Positions 54,621 through 57,275 of a DNA stretch of 57,275 nucleotides are shown piece after piece; position 1 is the first letter of the stretch, and each line of letters opens with the position of its first letter. The notes beneath the pieces are model-generated. The model made no database searches. It was not told the DNA's origin and was given only the letters and a program-made list of their open reading frames with translations. The DNA lies in IMG/VR virus record IMGVR_UViG_3300021375_000031, positions 1-57,275 of that record; one strand, 5' to 3'. This stretch comes from a virus (Duplodnaviria; Caudoviricetes). Both the position numbers and the translations under genes were made by a program.

Positions 54621-55523
54621 ATGGCTTTAAGCACAATGACTAACAGATCCGCAGGAGACAGTATTACTGCTTCTGATTGGGATATTGCTAGAAATAATAT
54701 ATTACTAATAACAGGTTCAGCAACTGGATCACAAGAAGGTTGGGGACAAAGTTTTTCAGTATATAATCCATCCGCAGGTGCAACAATTTCAGATACTAAC
54801 ACAAACGATATTATCAATGCCGCTCAGGACATTGCTACTTATGTTGGTGCTAGTGTTACAGTTAGTGATGTGGCAAACGCAGGAAGTATTCAAGAAACAG
54901 ATTTAAATACAATACAAAGTACAATTACAAATGCTTATAACAGCAGATTTAGTGCGTCAAGTTCATACTTATCAACAGAAGCAAAGATTTCTTCCACAAG
55001 AACATCAAGTTGGAACACTAGTGTTACTCACAACTTTACTGTAGACTTTACCAGTGACTCACACGCAAAAGAATTTTTCAATGCAGGTGGTAAGATTACT
55101 TTTAGTGCAAGTAGAAGTGGTGGTGCAACTAATGACCAAAACACAGATTGGACTAACTTACTAAGTGCTATGGGAACAATTAAAATGGGTTACACCAGTG
55201 TAACTGCTAGTTCAGGTAGTAACACAGGTTCAAGAGGTTTCTACGACTTGACATCAAGTATGCAAGAGATCTATATCAAAACAGGTTCAGGTTCATATTC
55301 AAGTAACTATTATCAAATTAGTGCCAGTTATGCAAGTGCTTCAGGAACTATTTCTTTCCAAGTAGTTATGTCAGACGTGCATACAGGTAGAGGTTACTTT
55401 GATACTGTAGACGGAACACTAACACATAATGTAGGACAAGATAGACCAAACAGTGGTACTTTGCCTAATGGATATGCTGTAACAGTTGCTACACCTACAT
55501 ACGCAGAATCCAGCGAACTGTAA
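54621..55523 (+). CDS. Ser/Thr-rich virion structural protein (tail/fibre associated)
   Basis: AGD.ITA.DW, GWGQ, F.S...A..FFNAGG.I, W..LL..MG. Confidence 0.6.
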   Translation: MALSTMTNRSAGDSITASDWDIARNNILLITGSATGSQEGWGQSFSVYNPSAGATISDTNTNDIINAAQDIATYVGASVTVSDVANAGSIQETDLNTIQSTITNAYNSRFSASSSYLSTEAKISSTRTSSWNTSVTHNFTVDFTSDSHAKEFFNAGGKITFSASRSGGATNDQNTDWTNLLSAMGTIKMGYTSVTASSGSNTGSRGFYDLTSSMQEIYIKTGSGSYSSNYYQISASYASASGTISFQVVMSDVHTGRGYFDTVDGTLTHNVGQDRPNSGTLPNGYAVTVATPTYAESSEL

Positions 55524-55555
55524 ACTAAAAATACTTTAATACATTCTAGAAGTCT

Positions 55556-55563
55556 GATAAATA
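55556..55563 (+). promoter_or_regulatory. Late promoter GATAAATA
   Basis: Intergenic, upstream of AGGA RBS and ATG 55588. Confidence 0.7.
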
Positions 55564-55587
55564 CTGTGTACAACAGGACACAATATT

Positions 55588-55947
55588 ATGAGCGACAGAT
55601 TAGAAAAAGCACTAAAATTTGCCAACTACAGGCATACTCTCAACAATCAAAGAATCCAACTCAAAGCAAAAAACAAAACTCTACTCACTTATAGTTTTGG
55701 TGGAGGCACGTTCTTCATAGATAGAAGTTTGATTTCATTTGTTGATATGCTAATTAAAGACGGTGAAGACTCAGTAGTATTATTAGACCAATACGAACTG
55801 CCTATTCTAGTTGAAGATTTGCAGGAATTCAAAGACGAAATACTAGGTCGTTATTTCGAATCCACTAATGAATATCACGCAGACTATACAAAACTTAGAC
55901 AGTCCAGAAGTGTTGATAAATTATTGGATTTGGATTTAGATGAGTAG
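55588..55947 (+). CDS. Hypothetical protein (119 aa; possibly a fibre assembly chaperone)
   Basis: Clean ORF with RBS; overlaps the next start; function not recognised. Confidence 0.7.
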   Translation: MSDRLEKALKFANYRHTLNNQRIQLKAKNKTLLTYSFGGGTFFIDRSLISFVDMLIKDGEDSVVLLDQYELPILVEDLQEFKDEILGRYFESTNEYHADYTKLRQSRSVDKLLDLDLDE

Positions 55948-56827
55948 TAAAGGCGTAGTATTATTTGCACATAACAACAAGGAAATTAATTATTTAAAAT
56001 TAGCCTGTGTGTCTTGTGCTATGATTAAAAAGAACTTAGGCACAGAAAATATAACTGTAGTATCAGACATTGACAGTTATGAATATAATTTAGATGTACT
56101 AGGCAAAGACTTTATAGAAAAACATATTCCCAATCTCATACTAGTTCAAAAAGATTACGACTTTAAAAATAAAAATATCAGAAGTTTTAGAGATACAAAT
56201 CATAATATACAAACATTAAGTTTTTATAACGAAAACAGATCCTCTGTTTACGACATTACACCTTACGATGAAACCCTTGTAATAGACGTAGATTACTTAG
56301 TAATGTGTGATAGTTTAAACTTATGTTGGGGACACGAAAACGATTTAATGGTTAATTATGATGTACAAGACATACAGTCAAGTAGACAAACAGGTAAAGA
56401 AAGACTGCAAAATTATGGCATAACTATGTACTGGGCAACAGTAGTGTACTTTAGAAAGAACGAGTTTACTAAACAGTTCTTCGATATAGTTACGCACGTC
56501 AAACAAAACTATGAGTTTTACAAAGACTTATATGAGTTCTCAGGTATGCTATATAGGAACGATTATGCTTTTAGTATTGCCGCTCATATGATGGGGAACT
56601 TTAGCAGTGAAGCAATACCTCCTTTGCCTGAACGCACAATGTATATGAGTTACGATTGGGACGATATTTACAAAGTAAATGGTGTAAATGATATCACTAT
56701 GTACTTGGAATTAGACAAACAAATTAAGAATTTTAACCTGTGCCGTTGGAAAGATTTAGACTTACACTTGATGAACAAGTGGGCATTACAACGACACGCA
56801 GACGATTTATTGGAAATATATGGCTAA
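55940..56827 (+). CDS. GT-A fold glycosyltransferase-like protein
   Basis: GVVLFA.N, TPYDETLVIDVDY (DxD), YWATVVYF.K, YRND.AFSIA. Confidence 0.7.
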   Translation: MSSKGVVLFAHNNKEINYLKLACVSCAMIKKNLGTENITVVSDIDSYEYNLDVLGKDFIEKHIPNLILVQKDYDFKNKNIRSFRDTNHNIQTLSFYNENRSSVYDITPYDETLVIDVDYLVMCDSLNLCWGHENDLMVNYDVQDIQSSRQTGKERLQNYGITMYWATVVYFRKNEFTKQFFDIVTHVKQNYEFYKDLYEFSGMLYRNDYAFSIAAHMMGNFSSEAIPPLPERTMYMSYDWDDIYKVNGVNDITMYLELDKQIKNFNLCRWKDLDLHLMNKWALQRHADDLLEIYG

Positions 56828-57002
56828 GAATAAACACCCAAAGTTAGGAGATAGAATACTACACAAAGAACCTGCATTTCGCAGAGAAAACGAAGGCATT
56901 GTTATAGAAATGTTAGGAATGCAATTTGTGTATAAAACAGACAGTGGCGAAGAACGTTTTTGTTTGTTTAGAGAAGATTGGAAAAAGATAAGTGAAAAAT
57001 AG
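56820..57002 (+). CDS. Small SH3/KOW-like hypothetical protein (60 aa)
   Basis: PKLGDRI.H...GIVIE pattern; overlaps both neighbours. Confidence 0.55.
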   Translation: MAKNKHPKLGDRILHKEPAFRRENEGIVIEMLGMQFVYKTDSGEERFCLFREDWKKISEK

Positions 57003-57275
57003 ATATTACATACTAGCAGGTATAGTTTACACATTGCTTATAGGCTTTACTGCAAGTTCAATTCAACAAAGAGTTACAAGTGAAGCAATTAAAGACCAAT
57101 GTTTTATAGATGGCTGTACAAAAGTATATGAATTCACAGGTGAAGTCGGTGGCGAGGAATGGGAAGAATTAATTGTTATTGCTGAAGAGTATCAAGAAGA
57201 AGCAGAGATGTGGAAGGAAGATGCTGAAGCAAAATGGGAAAGTGAAGAGAATCCGTACTACAAGGCAGGCAGTGA
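56992..57275 (+). CDS. Membrane-anchored hypothetical protein, partial (runs off the window end)
   Basis: GTG start; MKNRYYILAGIVYTLLIGFTASSIQQ... open to the end of the window; N-terminal hydrophobic helix. Confidence 0.6.
   Translation, partial: MKNRYYILAGIVYTLLIGFTASSIQQRVTSEAIKDQCFIDGCTKVYEFTGEVGGEEWEELIVIAEEYQEEAEMWKEDAEAKWESEENPYYKAGS

Noticed and set aside
27851-54817. Numerous 60-140 aa minus-strand and alternate-frame ORFs within gp6, the giant gene and fibre genes (likewise those opposite the head, tape measure, gp46 and hub genes)
   Set aside because: Shadow ORFs produced by codon bias; no evident RBS, promoter or protein motifs.
1-57275. Stop-codon reassignment as in some jumbo phages
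   Set aside because: Long genes are intact in the standard code, and TAA, TAG and TGA all end genes at sensible boundaries.

Overview
57 kb of an AT-rich, T4-superfamily large (probably jumbo) myophage genome; the host cannot be read from this window. The minus-strand head module runs portal gp20, small ORF, acidic core protein, protease gp21, scaffold gp22, short major capsid gp23, terminator, then a fibre gene cut by the window edge. A tape-measure-like gene is divergent from a gp26/gp51-like chaperone. An early operon (late sigma gp55, gp47, gp46, small GIY-YIG nuclease) is followed by a baseplate/tail module (gp48/54-like, gp53, hub, gp5 spike, degenerate lysozyme, gp25, gp6, a 6645-aa gp7-like giant, gp8-like, fibre with autocleavage domain), which is interrupted by an antisense accessory cassette. 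The ORF track misses several signals: (1) a ~500-nt ORF-free, highly structured candidate ncRNA directly downstream of the GIY-YIG gene; (2) a candidate -1 programmed frameshift (T TTT TTC, 6-nt spacer, 9-bp stem) fusing gp26-like to a start-less gp51-like ORF; (3) a GATAAATA late-promoter code with apparently leaderless genes and a TAAAAC-N2-GTTTT(A) palindromic site; (4) apparent avoidance of GCWGC, AGCT and CATG. All calls come from motif recognition by eye; no searches or folding programs were run.
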